A DNA stretch of 63,739 nucleotides, filler included, from Reticulomyxa filosa (Eukaryota; Protista; Foraminifera): NCBI GenBank assembly GCA_000512085.1. It is 17 parts of 17 records of this genome, joined end to end, with 100 filler letters (N's around TTAATTAATTAA, not from the genome) between each part and the next. Parts side by side here need not be neighbours in the genome. Positions count along the whole stretch, not along the records: positions 18,988 to 24,630 come from ASPP01043406.1; positions 24,731 to 27,690 come from ASPP01008589.1; positions 27,791 to 29,785 come from ASPP01025228.1; positions 29,886 to 31,101 come from ASPP01025018.1; positions 31,202 to 51,169 come from ASPP01023824.1; 12 more parts are not named here. One strand, written 5' to 3'. Position numbers and translations under genes: made by a program. The notes under the pieces are model-generated. The model ran no database searches. It was not told the DNA's origin and saw only the letters and a list, made by a program, of their open reading frames with translations. Shown here piece after piece: positions 22,716-36,786 of this stretch (position 1 is its first letter; every line of letters begins with the position of its first letter).

Positions 22716-24094
22716 TATTTAAAAGAGGATTTTTTTTACCTCCCAAACAAAGCCATATTCTATGAAGTTATGCCCAACACAAACAATGTTCACAAGTGCT
22801 TTTTCGATAACCTCCAAATTAATAATTTTTTTCTTTGTGTCGCAAATTGATGTAGTTTAAATTCTTTTGTTAATTTTTTCGTCAACTTCCTATACGTTTA
22901 CAACAAAAATTATATGTAACCTCTATTCTTATATATTTTTTTCATACTTATACAAGCTGGCTGTAATTCATAAATTTGCTCTTTCAATTTATCTTAATAT
23001 ATTGATCAACATAATTTTATTTATTCTTTTTGAAAGGCAATTTATTAGTTTGTGATTTGACAACAATTGTTCTTATGCACCTATGTCATTTGTGAAGTGT
23101 ATATTTCGACTAGTATTTCAATCAGTTTTTTACAAAAAATATTGACATATTTTTTGAAAAATAATTTTTTAATTTGGAGTAATTTTATCAAATAGTAAAA
23201 TAAAAAGTGTAAGTCAAGTACATAAAACTATAAATTGTGGATTTTTCTCTTTTTCAATTATTTATATATAGTTTGCAAAAATATATTAATAATTCATTAA
23301 TATAATCAATTTTCTCTATAAAAAACGAAAATTTAATATTATTTTCTTTTAAAACAATATCTTGTTACTTATTGCTTTTTCTTTGATTAGTTTCGTACAC
23401 ATAATTTTTTGTTTTGGTTCTTTCATTGGAAATGACGTTGTTGTAAATGCAACATTTTTTTGTGACCATTTGATAATCATGTTTATTTTCTATAATCTAA
23501 TGAATCACCTTTTATGTATCACAAAAAAACAAATTATTAATATCTCATTAGAAACACTGCAAATATTTATAAAGCCGATAATATGTGCTATTTTTTTTGC
23601 AAACTGTTGTATTTTTCAATTAAAAGTATTTATTTCTAAGAATAATGACAAATGTTTGTAACAATGCATAATATTGTGCTATATCTAACTGACTCAACTT
23701 ATTTTTTCTTTTAATTTAAAATAAGCATTCCAATATTTTTTAAGTTTTAGGAAAAGAATATTATCTACAAATTACTTGAAATGCTTATTGGGGTGAGATT
23801 TACATTTTTTATTTTTATTTTAAGTTTAAGTTTTTGAATTGTTTTGGATTGCATTCAATCAAATTGTAATCAAAAGAGTTAAATATATCAGTCTTATCTT
23901 CACTAAACATAGAAAGGCTTGTAAACCTTTAATTTCACTATCAACTAATATTGTGACTATGTGGCAAGATGGTTCAACTTCAGCCACTATAGAAACGGCA
24001 AATATTGGATAACTAACCCAAAAAAACTTGCAAAATTTCAAGTTTTTTTTTTGGTTAGTAAGAGGAAATAAAAAAATCCATCAATACATTACCG

Positions 24095-24583
24095 ATGGCG
24101 TCAACACTTTTGGAAACTGAACAAAAGTATGATGACGGTTCATCTGTGGATGAAGTGACTGGCAAAAAGTCTCGACAAAGTCTGTTGTATGATCCTTTGG
24201 AAGCAAGCAAGCAGCTTTTGTTCAGCTTGTTGCGATTGGACGTTAAGTGAACAACTTAACCGATCAAAAAAAAAAAGCAAGTAAATGAACAAATAAATGG
24301 AACAGAGACTCGCGTGGTATTATCAAAAAAAAAAAAAAATTGGGAAGTGGTGTATCTGTTGGACCGGTCTGAGCAGCACGAATCATTTTACATAGCACTG
24401 ACACCACAAAATGAGTACATGATAGTTCACAGAGATGACATTTACTCCATTCCTCCGACCGAGAAATTGTCAGTGCAAGAAAGTCTGCAAAAAATAATGC
24501 GTGCTTTGTTATTCAAGTTTCAAGAAACTGCGGTTGCGTCCTCTCTGATATGTATATATGCATATATGTAAATTTGTATATGT

Positions 24584-24629
<46 letters not shown>

Positions 24630-24630
24630 G
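24095..24630 (+). CDS. Hypothetical protein, 5' part
   Basis: MASTLLETEQKYDDGSSVDEV...LLRLD, then a GT-AG intron and WEVVYLLDRSEQHESFYIAL.... A poly-A run at ~24325 probably carries an indel. Cut by the contig end. Confidence 0.45.
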
Positions 24631-24730
24631 NNNNNNNNNNNNNNNNNNNNNNNNNNNNNNNNNNNNNNNNNNNNTTAATTAATTAANNNNNNNNNNNNNN
24701 NNNNNNNNNNNNNNNNNNNNNNNNNNNNNN

Positions 24731-24768
<38 letters not shown>

Positions 24769-24770
<2 letters not shown>

Positions 24771-25098
24771 TCCTATGCGTGACAGTATGGAAGGGCAATG
24801 AAAGCTATGAACTTGTATTCTGCTCTCTTCCAGTGTTTTGTGTAGTTTATTATAACGTGAGATGCCCCAAGATTGTGGATCACTTTAAAGTACTTGATGA
24901 ACTCAAATTATCATCCTACTGTGCTTCCCTTGGTTTGTCTTTTTTTAAAAAAATAAAAAAAAGATTAAATTACCGTGTGAACTCAATTCATAGACATTAT
25001 ATGCACATACATATACATATATATATGTACATATATGTATATATGCATATATGTATATGTATATGCATATGTGTATATATTGTGTGTATACGTAATGC

Positions 25099-25142
<44 letters not shown>

Positions 25143-25735
25143 TTGTTATATTGATAGCACTGGCATTGTTTGCATTGATTCCGTTGGTTACGAACAAGGA
25201 ATTTGTGAAGAAGATAATGTACATATGGTTTAGTTCATTGTTCTTTGCAGTGTTGTCGTTGTCATCCACGTTTTGGGTGTTGCGAAACACGAAAGCGTTG
25301 CGTCAGCATTCGAAGTTGAAAGCGATTATTATGAGACAACCGACGATTGGACGCGTCGTTTCTTCCGCCATTGACGAGCGTGGAGATCACATATCAACGC
25401 AAATTCAAACCCAAACTCAAACTCAAACCCAAACTGAATCTCAAGCCCAAACGCCTACGCACAGGCATTCACATACACATACGCAAAGTCAGCAAAAACG
25501 CCACAAGCATGGAGACAAACAGAGTAAGGAGCGAACCATGACAGAACCCAGTTGCGAAGTTTTTCTCACTTTGGAACAGATCATCGCCAATAAACATGGT
25601 TTCCACTTGTTTATGCAACATTTGAATTTTGAGTTTTCCACGGTATCTTTGTTCTCTCCCTTTGCTTTTCTTTGTTGTCCTCGAATCTTTATTTGTTTAC
25701 AAAAGTACTTTTTTTTTTTTAAAGCTAATGTCCCC

Positions 25736-25771
<36 letters not shown>

Positions 25772-26387
25772 GGAGAATTTATTATCAGTGACCGAAATGG
25801 TTCAATTTCAACAATATTATTCATTCGATCGAATTCGAATAACCTCTCCGCCATTGGTGTCGTCGTCCGGGATAGAGTCACTGTCGTTTGACACGACAAC
25901 AAAGACACAACACTACATAGCCGTCCATGAATCGCTAACACTGCCTCCGGATATTCCGCAAAGTGCGATTGTGTACAATCCGAAATACTCCATGCTGGAG
26001 AAGCTGAAGCTACTCACGGAAAAGTATATCGCTATCGGAAGCGAATTGGAACTGAACATATCCAGTCGATTGCGACACAAAATTGTCACCTTTATTCAAG
26101 TCTCTAGCGAACAACTAAAAAATGACGATAATTTAAGACAAGATGCATTGTATTTGCTTGATCCCGTTGTTGATGAAATTGTTAGCGTTATGATGGATAG
26201 TTATTGGAGGTTACGTTTGCTCTTTTTTTTTCCTCCTCCCCCCCCTCTTTGTCTTAATCTTAGTTTAATTGAGTCGCATTGCAATCCAATTTTGGTTCTG
26301 TCTTATGTGTTGCACTTTGTATGCAGATTTCGCAAAACAAAGGCCTTCCAAGGCTTGCAGGAGCTTATTGGAAACAAAGCTGTTTAG
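24769..26387 (+). CDS. Multi-pass membrane protein with a C-terminal RGS domain (7TM-RGS type; 5' partial)
   Basis: Hydrophobic helices, DHFKVLDELK, then LEQIIANKHGFHLFMQHLNFEFST|ENL, KYIAIGSELELNIS and DSYWR|F, which are RGS-box motifs. Intron 25643-25772 restores EFSxENL. Confidence 0.88.
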
Positions 26388-27510
26388 CTACAAAAATCGA
26401 ATAATATATTTATGTATACTTTTTTTTTCCCTATGAAACATTGAACATTTTCAAACTTAATTCAACAACAAAAAGAAGAAGACGAAGAAAAACAGGCGCT
26501 TTTTTTAGTTTTGTTTTTTTTTGGGTCACTTGGGGGGAAGAAAAAAAAATCGGTGTGTGCATATTGTTTTTGTCAATTGGAGAGTTTTGTGTTATTTTGT
26601 TACCTGTTCGGTTTCCTTGTTTTTTATTGGAGTGAACGGGCACATCGCATTAAAACTCTTTTCTGAGACTTTCATGCTTTGTAAAAGGATTATTATGTCT
26701 CACTTGAACATTGCGAATCTTAATCTTGTAACACTCTAATATTGTAAATGCAAAAGTACTATTTAATCAATTTGGATTGTATAATATATTGTATCAATAA
26801 AAATTTTGTTGAATAGTTGCTCAAGATAAATAACAGCAATATTTTTGTTTTTGTTAGATAACATTGATAAGAAAAAGCTGATGAAAAGATATTGTGGAAA
26901 ACAACATGCTTTAGTAAAAAGCATTTATTGGCAAAAAATATCGTCAAACTTGTAGAAAACTAAACTTTGTATTGTTTTTGCAAAAATTGCATAATTTTGC
27001 AATAGCTTTAATTTTGTACAGTTATTTTTTTTATAGTATGTCTTCCAATTGCAACAAAAATTTCATTAACTTATTTGTCAACTCTTGAAAATTGTAACAA
27101 GCCAGGCATTATTGAACAGGAAAACTGTAAATATCACTAAAATAAATTGCCTTTGTACAGCAAATATCCATTATAGATTTGGATAGACCCATATTGGAAG
27201 GTGAGTATGACTTAAATGTAATACGAAAGTAAAAGAGGAAAATTCTTAAGGAAAAAAAGTTTGTCCCTCCTCAATTGCCCTCAATATCAAGAAAATACCT
27301 TTTGACCTCTCAACATAGAATAATAAAGTGTGCTTGGTAATGAAGTATTACCTTTGTCAAAATTAAAAGCATGAACTTAAAATAAAAAAGACCAGAAAAA
27401 AATGTACACAAAAGTGTTTTTGTAACTTCTTGCAAAAGCATTTTTTGGATTGGTGACATATGCTAAAAAACAAAAAACATTATTTATTTTTTAAAAATCC
27501 AAAATGTGAA

Positions 27511-27690
27511 CTAGTTTGGAGTGATTTTTGCGTTTTCGATTTGTTCAATTAAATCATCTTCCAACACTTTGTTAACTTCAGCGACATCTTTCAGCATATC
27601 AACAAATTGGTTTGTGGACTGGCCATTGGTTTCATCTTGCGGCAATGCTGGTGACGCTAATTGTATCAATACTTGCTCTTGTTCTTGCTT
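27511..27690 (-). CDS. 3' end of an unknown gene
   Basis: Open frame QEQEQVLIQLASPALPQDETNGQ...IENAKITPN-stop at the contig edge. Confidence 0.35.
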   Translation of the reverse strand, partial: KQEQEQVLIQLASPALPQDETNGQSTNQFVDMLKDVAEVNKVLEDDLIEQIENAKITPN

Positions 27691-28699
27691 NNNNNNNNNN
27701 NNNNNNNNNNNNNNNNNNNNNNNNNNNNNNNNNNTTAATTAATTAANNNNNNNNNNNNNNNNNNNNNNNNNNNNNNNNNNNNNNNNNNNNTTAGTAGAGA
27801 ATGAACTGAAAGAATTACGAACAAGGCCATACTCACATATTGCGTAATGTTCCACGGCAACACACTGACTTATCCTTGCGACATCAACACATTGTGCTCG
27901 AACACAACTAGGTTATTCCGATCATGCACACATCACAAATTTTCAAATGGCATAAGTACTTTCCCGATTGGCAAGTATACAAGCACTACCCATGACCGGA
28001 CCGTCTTTCTCTACTTTGGTGGTACTGAGAGACTACATCACAACTGGCTAACACTTTTTTTTTTTTTTTTTTTAATTAGTTGTGATCTTACTTGTGTAAA
28101 TGTTCTATGTGATTTTAGTGTACTTTTCACATTTTATGTGCGTTGGTTGAAATATGCTGACTTGTTGTGAATCATTATTTTTTTTCAATGTTTTTGATTA
28201 TATAAAAGAAGAGATAATGTTTCATTATCTTTTCACTTTTATCATTTTCAAAAAAGAAAAGGATAATGTCTTTTTTTTTTTTTTCAAGTAACATTATTCA
28301 TCGTAAAAAGTTTATTGAGATAGAAAAACTTATGCACAAACAAATTCTCTAAGGAGGAAACACTTGGAGATGAAAGATGTTTTCAACTGCACCAACAAAG
28401 AAGAATACAAGAAAGGATTAAAATCTGGACCTTATTTGGATTAGCTATTTCAGAAATTGATAGAACAGAAAATCATTGAAAAAATATCAAACATACGACT
28501 ACATTGAAAATCATTAGAGTACAACATACTTGTATTACAATGACAACAACAAATCACACAATGAAATTAATTACATTAAAAGAAGCAGAACAAAACAAAA
28601 ACAAATCAATGCGTTGATTTGTTATATCATCGGACAATATTGACAAAATGTATATATATATATATATATTGTGGCAATGTTTCAATTTTGTCTTTGTGT

Positions 28700-29785
28700 G
28701 TGCTCCGAGGTTGTGATAAGTCTTGCTTTCATCTCAAGTTCCCAATTACGACAATAGCGACGAAATAGGACCAATAGAAATGATAATGGAAATGACAATC
28801 GATGAAAGCAGTACTTGGCCTTATTTTTATTCACATTAAATACAATGATTTGGTCATTGTATTAAATGTGTAGAGTCATCGTTTTGTCTTTAGGCAGGGA
28901 ACCGTCATTGCTTCAATGCAAAATGATAGATCGCGTTCGTATTTACGATGGTACCAAGGATATGATGTGGTATTGAGAATTTGCATTGCCATTATTTTCT
29001 TGACTTGAATATTGCCTTGGAAAAGGTCCACCAGTTTGTATTTAATGGATTGGAGATTGTACTACTGATATTGTTTCTAGATTCAACATCTTCATATATC
29101 TTTTTCGCATTGACACTATTTGCTGTTTATCATGGGAGGGATTATCTTCTGCATATCGTTTGTACGCAAATTTTTTTTTGTTTTTCTAATGCATCCGTTC
29201 CAATCGAGACAGCAGTGCTTGCTTCGGTATTTCTGTACATCCCATCATCCTTCTTCATTTGCAGTTCCAGCACATATATCACCAGTGGACTTAGCATATT
29301 CTAGTTGTTGTAAAACAAGGACAACAAGCAACAATTAATTCAAATTGTTTAGAAAGAAAGACAAAAATAGTCAATGTTTTTTTTAACCTCAATCTCCTTT
29401 CAAAGGCATTCCATCACAGAATGAAATAATCAATCCAATCATTTCCTGCTAATCTTCTTTGATGATAATATCCATGGTTCTTTTGTAATCAATATATCAC
29501 AGCTTTAATATCTTGCACCAAATCAACACGAAGATCATGCCAATTGTATATAGGAAATATCTTCATGCATCTTTAGAGTGTCAACATCAGGGACCACATA
29601 TAATATAATTGCAAATATATGTGAAAACAAGCAACAAATACTTGACCAATTATGGACATTGGTGATTTGATTGAAAGTATTGTGTATTAAGCCGGACGTT
29701 GTTGTGTGACTGTAAGTATGTAAAAATTCATTGTCACTGCGTTTCGTTTTCATAGTCTTGGTGACAAATATCAACATCTTTTAAT
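28700..29785 (-). pseudogene. Second decayed copy of the GPS-motif membrane gene family
   Basis: TYSHTTTSGLIHNTF aligns with ACNHTATFGLSHNAF. Shared nucleotide blocks with 2727-3400 include CTTCTTCATTTGCAGTTCCA, ACAGCAGT, AATCAACACGAA and ATTGGAGATTGTACT. Multiple stops are present. Confidence 0.5.
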
Positions 29786-30421
29786 NNNNNNNNNNNNNNN
29801 NNNNNNNNNNNNNNNNNNNNNNNNNNNNNTTAATTAATTAANNNNNNNNNNNNNNNNNNNNNNNNNNNNNNNNNNNNNNNNNNNNTTGAAAGTAGCTGCC
29901 TTGCAACAACAAAAGAAAATGAAAAAGAGTCCTACTTTTTATCAATTCTTTTAAATTTTTTTCATTTGGATAAACCAAAAAATGCTTTAAATTGTTTCAT
30001 CCAAGCCAGAATACTGCAGGCAACAAAAAAAAGTAGTTTTGACAAACAAAACCCTTTGCAATGTCTTTAAAAATGTTTATAATATACTAGAAAATGGAAT
30101 TAACCTTGATGTATACGTGATCACTAAAATCAGAAGGAACTTTGAGATGTTTTTTTTATCTTTGCAGAGAAGGTCCAAATCGCGCTTGCGCAGAAATCTC
30201 TGCAAAATAAATATCAAAGAAACAATCAGAAAAAAAGACAAATAAAAACAAGACGTAACGCCAAAGAGTATTTGAAAATATTTTTTTTTAGTTCTATGAA
30301 ACAGGCAAACCGAAGAAACTCTTTAGTTTTTTAAAAGAAGGGGAGTTTGTAAGTTCTTTTTTTTTTGTTTGTTCGTTCGGGTTTTTTTAAAGTGTCATTT
30401 AGTTGTTTTTTTACAAATAAA

Positions 30422-31101
30422 ATGATAGAAGTTCTCACAATTGAGATCGGCCAAGCCGGTATACAACTAGGAAACGCCATCTGAGAACAATATTGCGCAG
30501 AACACGCAATTGATAACGGTGGCAAAAGAAAAGAGAACCCAGGAAAGGATGACTCTTTTAAGGTATTCTTTGAAGAGACAGGTAGTGGACAATTTGTTCC
30601 TCGTAATCTTGCAGTTAAGTGCTCCATTGGCGAATTGTTTTTCCGTGTTACGTATAACTCACAAGAAAAAATAGTTTGATTTGGAACTGAACGTAATTGA
30701 TAATGTAAAAAATGATCCTTTTGCGGCCATCTTCCAAACTGAGTTTTTAGTCCATGGGAAAGAGGACGCAGCAAACAATTTTGCCCGAGGTCACTATACA
30801 ATCTGGAAACAAATAATTGAGAAAGTGAACGATCGATTGAGAAAATTAGTTGACAACTGTGACAACGTGATAGTATTTGTAATTGGACACAGTGTAGGCG
30901 GCGGCACTGGCTCAGGGTTGGGCGCCTTAATACTAGAACGTTTGGCGATTGATTATAGAAAGAAGCCAAAAATTGGCTTTGAAATATATTCTTCACCAAA
31001 TTTGTCTACATGCGTCGTAGAACCTTACAATGCGTTGTTGGCGACTCATTGGTTATTGGACGATATCAATATTATCGAAAGCCAAGGTGCCTTGCTTAAC
31101 T
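30422..31101 (+). pseudogene. TUBA: Alpha-tubulin (Retaria alpha-2-like) pseudogene; exons 30422-30613, 30675-
   Basis: MIEVLTIEIGQAGIQLGNAI*EQYCAEH, with an in-frame TGA at W21 (30482-30484). GKEDAANNFARGHYT and GGGTGSG are present. Further lesions are DLELN and GHYTIWK, and homology is lost after HWLLD. Confidence 0.85.
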
Positions 31102-31201
31102 NNNNNNNNNNNNNNNNNNNNNNNNNNNNNNNNNNNNNNNNNNNNTTAATTAATTAANNNNNNNNNNNNNNNNNNNNNNNNNNNNNNNNNNNNNNNNNNN
31201 N

Positions 31202-32114
31202 TTCAAAGAACCTTTAGCAAATCACGTCAAAGTTTTGTTGTTTATCTTCATACCCTTGATTTTGGCTACCAAAAAAAAAAAAATATGCACATATCAATTA
31301 AGAGAACGACGACTCCTTCTTTGAAAAATAATCGGATAATACATATACATCATATATATATTATATATATGTATATATATGTATATAAAAGGATCGAAGA
31401 ACAGTCGTGTGTAAAGAAGCCTGCAAACAATTGAGTGCGATAATAAAATATCGACAAAAAGATTTTTATCCGTTTGTTGGCTATTTTATTGAACGATGTC
31501 TTGAAATAATCCGATCGAATATCCAAGTAATGTCTCAAAGCGGTGACGAATGTGTGACAACAATCGTGACGAGTATTCCTGAGAGCGCAGATACATACTT
31601 GATTTTGCGATCGTTGGTAAGCGCAGCAAAGGACAGCAACTCCAAATATACAAAGTCGAAAGAACACATAATGAAATATGTCCGCCACCTTATGCTCCAA
31701 TCACACAATGCGACACTGCTGAAGGACAATACCTACACCGATGAGCTGTGCGCCATTATTGCCATTGGCTGTGAAGACGCTGATGCCACGGTCCGAAGCC
31801 GGTCCTTTGAGGCGTTGAAGACGCTACAGTTAAACGTGGACGCCACTAAAGCCCAAACCATTGTCGATCATTTATCACCGGGGGCGTTGCGAAAGTATCA
31901 ACAACTCATGAACGACGAAGAAGCAAGCAAGGAAGAAAATTCCAAAGCGACAAAGGCGAAACCGGCAGCCAAGACACCAGTTCCTTCCAAAGGAAAAGTA
32001 CGCACCTCGGTGAGGGAAATGCGAGAACAAATGCAAAAAAAGAAACAACAGTCCAATCAAAACAGTGCCAATGGGAATGGAGATGCCAAGTCGACTGATC
32101 AAAAGAAAAATTAA
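31202..32114 (+). CDS. CLASP/Stu1-like TOG (HEAT-repeat) protein, 5' partial
   Basis: DRRTVVCKEAC, VMSQSGDECV and GCEDADATVRSRS match CLASP TOG HEAT repeats. A basic, disordered tail and a stop follow. Confidence 0.75.
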
Positions 32115-32842
32115 TATCAATTTTTTTTTCTTTTTTTCACTTTCCTCATTTTCCTCATTTTCCTCATTTTCCTTTCCCCTCCATTAATCATGCTAATAAA
32201 GATAGTAGAGGGGTACAAACAGATCGATAAGGTATGTTTTTTGTTGTGAATAACCTTATTCAGAATTTTTCATTATTTGTTTTTTCTTTTTTTATCAGAA
32301 TGAAATGTGAATGCTCAGAGAAAAGATTTAAAAAAGCAAACAAATTATATCTTTTCTCTAGAAATTGATTTGTGATTTGTGATTTGTGATTTGTGTTCTC
32401 TGTGCTTGTTGGGGAATTTTGTGCCCATTTACGTGTATTTTTTTTTTCTTTAAATCGGTTTTTGTGATGAGGTTTGGTGCACGTATATTCACACCCACTT
32501 TTTTTGTTTTGTAACTTTCTCATCTCTTCTTGTGTTATGATTGTGGTGATAGCCAATAACTGTCCAAATATCTAGTATTCGAAATGTGGGTACGTTTTCT
32601 TGTGAGAGTTTTGAGTGGTGTTTGTTTTTTTGCAAAATTCCTCTTCTGTGTTCATCATTCCTTTTAAAACTTGTGTAAACTTCGAAGATATAAATCAGAC
32701 AATTTTTATGATCTTGACGAGTAGATACATGTCAGCACTGCTTGTCATACCGCACTTTAAAGGATAAAGGGAGTGTACAGTACAAAAGGAAAAAACTCGT
32801 AATATTTGACCGAGAGTATCTCGACATCAAAGCTTGATAATT

Positions 32843-34877
32843 ATGAGACTTTGCAGAGTGCTTGCCCCGATGCGACGACGAGGCTGTTTTCGCCTGCCAC
32901 TGAGTAATCGCAAGCCCTTGGCGTATTCAAGTTTTGGGTTGGTGCGCGCGTTCAACACTCAACAAGTACAAAAAAAAAACAAATGTGATCTAAGAAATGG
33001 TCTCATACTGCAAATTTTGTTGGAAGGGGAGGACGAGACACAAAATGAAACTAAAGAAGGGTAACATGTACAACATTGGAAACATGAATAGTATCGTACC
33101 GAAAAAGACACGATGGGCGAGGTAAAAGTTCCCGCCAACCGCATATGGGGCGCACAAACGCAAAGATCGTTGGAGAACTTCCTCATCGGACAGCCGGAAT
33201 CCCGCATGCCTCGTCCAATAGTCCACGCGTTTGGAATACTAAAGCGTGCGTGCGCGATCGCAAATTACAAGTTGAACAATTTAGACAAAAATACACAAGA
33301 GTTGATTGTTCAAGCGTGTGAAGAGGTAGCCACAGGCAAATGGGACGACGAGTTTCCATTGACCGTGTTTCAAACCGGCTCAGGTATACAACATATATGT
33401 ATATGTTATATGTATATATACATATATATATGTATATGTATATACATATATGTATGTGTAAAGCTCGAACAAAACAAAATAATTGCATTCAAACACATGA
33501 CACAGGGACGCAGTCAAACATGAACGCAAATGAAGTGATAAGCAATCGCGCCATTCAGTTGAGCGGAAAAGGGAAAGTTGGTGACAAGTCAATCCATCCC
33601 AACGATCATGTGAATCGTAGTGCAAGTAGCAATGACACATTCCCATCGGTAATGCACATTGCTGTGGGCGTGGAAATTAACACAAAGTTGCTCCCTGCTT
33701 TGCACAAGATTCAACAGGCCTTGGAGAGCAAATCAAAAGAGTTTGCAGATATTGTCAAAATCGGCAGAACACACTTGCAAGATGCAACCCCTTTGACTTT
33801 GGGACAAGAGTTTGGCGGGTACGCACATCAAATCACTAATGGCATCGCTCGAGTCAAGGCTAGCTTACCAAGAGTTTATGAATTGGCACAAGGTTAATAT
33901 CAATTACAATTGTATTTGTTTTGTTTGTTCCAAAGGTTCCAATTTCCATGTCTTGAGCATTCTTTTAATGTGGATATCCTATTGTAACAGGTGGAACGGC
34001 AGTCGGCACTGGATTAAACACAATTGAAGGATTTGATAAACTTGTCGCAGAAGAAGTGGCCAAGTTCACCAAATTGCCATTTGTTACCAGTCCGAATAAA
34101 TTTGAAAGCTTGGCTGCCCATGATGCATTGGTTGAGGTCAGTGGTTCATTGAATGTGTTGGCGTGCTCTTTGATGAAAATTGCAAATGATATTCGATGGC
34201 TGGGAAGTGGACCACGTTGTGGATTAGGCGAAATTTCTCTGCCTGAAAATGAACCCGGCTCAAGCATCATGCCAGGAAAAGTCAATCCAACTCAATGTGA
34301 GGCAATGACTATGGTAAGTGAAATTTTTTCTGTTGCTTTTCTTTTCTTATTCCCCTTGTCAATGCCATTTTGTGAATGTCCCCGGAAAAAAAAAAGGTTT
34401 GTGCGCAAGTGATGGGAAACCACACAACAGTGACTGTTGGTGGAAGCAATGGGCACTTTGAATTAAATGTATTCAAGCCGGTAATCGTTGCTAATGTGTT
34501 AAACAGCATCCGATTGCTGAGCGATGCTTGTAATTCCATCACTGATAACTGTATTGTGGGCATTGAAGCAAATCGTGAAAGAATCAATAAGCTGTTGTTT
34601 GATTCATTAATGTTGGTTACTGTGTTGAATCCTTACATTGGATATGACAGTTAAGATATATAACATTTTTTTTCTTATAACATTTCGAGAAGCTAAACAA
34701 AAATCTCATTTTTTCATATTTTTGTCAGATGCTGCAAAAATTGCAAAGAAAGCGCACAAAGAAGGAAAAACATTGAAAGAAGCTGCCTTGGAACTGAAAC
34801 TGTTGACAAGTGAAGAATTTGATCAGAGAGTTAAACCTGAAAAAATGCTTCATCCTGACAAACCTCCAAAAAAATAA
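32843..34877 (+). CDS. FH: Class II fumarate hydratase with an Arg-rich putative mitochondrial presequence (~7 exons)
   Basis: [25 protein letters not shown]|[31 protein letters not shown], the signature [15 protein letters not shown] and [10 protein letters not shown]. Confidence 0.98.
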
Positions 34878-35266
34878 AATCTTTTCGTCTCTACATTTTT
34901 GACATTAAAACGGTGTTCGGTTCATGCCATTCAAAAAATAGTTTATATCTCTCAAAGAATTTGAACCTTGTGGTGCTTTCCTTAATCTCTGTTAGTAGAT
35001 TTTTTTTCATTAAAAAAAACCACCTTTTGCTACTAAAAAGCGTTAATCTTTAGAAAGTGTCAATAGAGAGTAATTAATTTCCTAAATTTATCTTTTAAAG
35101 AAGGGACTTACCAAATAAAAGAGGTAACATAAACTAGTCCCACTTTCATTATTTTCGAAAATGAGCTCTAATGGATGCAAACTGACGCAAAAAGACGTCA
35201 AATAAAGAAAATGTTGAAATAGGTGTTTGTTAATATCCTAACAGCTTGCATTTAAATAATATATCT

Positions 35267-36786
35267 ATGGCTATGTCACACAAATTCGGAAAATCATTTG
35301 GTATTTTTTTAATTTTATCTTAAACGAATAAATTAATCTTTTCATTAAAATATATAGAAGCTCTCAAGTTCGTAAAACTGCCATGTTCTTGCACTTATTT
35401 ATGTCAAAATTTAAAACAATATACTCCACCTGGTGGTCATTGTTCCTATTATTCCTTCATCACTGGTAATGAGGCTTACATTATCAGAGTTGATGGTGAA
35501 AATACGGAAAAATTTCAAATTTCAAAAGTTGCTTATGAAGATACTGATCCCATCACAGTAGTCGAATGGCTAAGATTACAACATAGCCTTCGATTTGTTG
35601 TAGGCACCTCTGCTGGGCACATCCATGTTCATTTCTTTTTTTATAAGCGCACAAAAAAAAATTTTTAAAAAACAAGAACGCAAATTGAATAAAATTGAGC
35701 AGATGTACGACTTTCAAGGAAAAAAGCGTGAATATTTTTGTACTGTCTCGTCTAAGGACATGCAAAAATCAAGAAAAAGCAATCCTTACAATGACGACAC
35801 GAAATCACGTCTCACAATCAATTGTATGGCATCCAACCACAAAGATTTATTGTATCTAGGCCTTTCTAATGGCCAATTCATTGCGGTTGAAATGACCGTC
35901 AATGGACCCAGCAAACAACAGTACTTGTTCCAAACTGCTCATTCCATCAATTGTATGGTCATTCATAAAGATATTGCATTCATTGGAACTGATTCAGGTT
36001 TTTTTTGTACAAATGAATCACGAATAATCTCATTCTTTCATAATTAACTAAAAAAAGGGTCGGTGATTGAATACAATTTCAAGACCGAAACAGAAACAAA
36101 AGTTGTTAGCGATGATCAGTCATTGTTAAACTTTGTTAATATATTTATTTTATTTTAATTGTAGTAAAAATACTTATATCCATGACGAATTAGAGATCCA
36201 TGCCAATGTATGCAATTGACAAGCCATTTCTTAGTTAGTGGGCATGTGTCTGGTCATGTCTGGATTGTTGATATTGAAAACATTCCAGAGACTTCAGTTA
36301 TTGTTTCGTTTTGTTTGCATTTTGCTTTTGAGACTGCAATAAAACGATTATCTTTCAAATAAAGTATCAAGTGGCGCTACATCGACGATCAGTGACAGCT
36401 ATTTGTGCTCAATTGGATAGTGATGTTGTTACGTGAGTTTTGCAATCTAAATTTAAAGGGAAATAAGTTACTATACAATAAAAATATTGATTTGATAGTT
36501 TGCAACAGTTTCCGAAGATGGATGTGTGCACGTATTACAACTTTTGACTCACGACAATGATTTGGTAAGTAAAAAAAGTTCTTTATTTAGGAAATACGCT
36601 TATTAATATATGTTGACACAGGACATTAAAGTTCACAAATCATTCCATGTTGAAGATACAATTCTATGCGGTGTAGAATTTGCTTCGCATGGGTATCAAA
36701 GAACAAAGAAAGACGGCAAATGTGTAAATGAAAGCTTTACGTTGGCAATATCAGCATATGACAGAAATTGTTTGGTTTTTTTGTGA
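35267..36786 (+). CDS. WD40 protein, WDR54-like (multi-exon)
   Basis: Spliced MAMSHKFGKSF|EALKFVKLPCSCTYLCQNL..., PITVVEW...GHIH|MYDFQG, FIGTDSG|SV, ALHRRSVTAI, FATVSEDGCVHV and the C-terminal DTILCGVEF...AISAYD resemble WDR54 as recalled. Confidence 0.7.

Noticed and set aside
24960-25160. His/Ile/Tyr/Cys-rich peptide segments (also 33383-33505)
   Set aside because: These are translations of (TA)n/TATG-rich introns.
30482-30484. TGA=Trp reassignment or readthrough in alpha-tubulin
   Set aside because: Intact genes use TGG for Trp and TGA as a stop (e.g. 7769-7771, 36784-36786), and this copy has other lesions.
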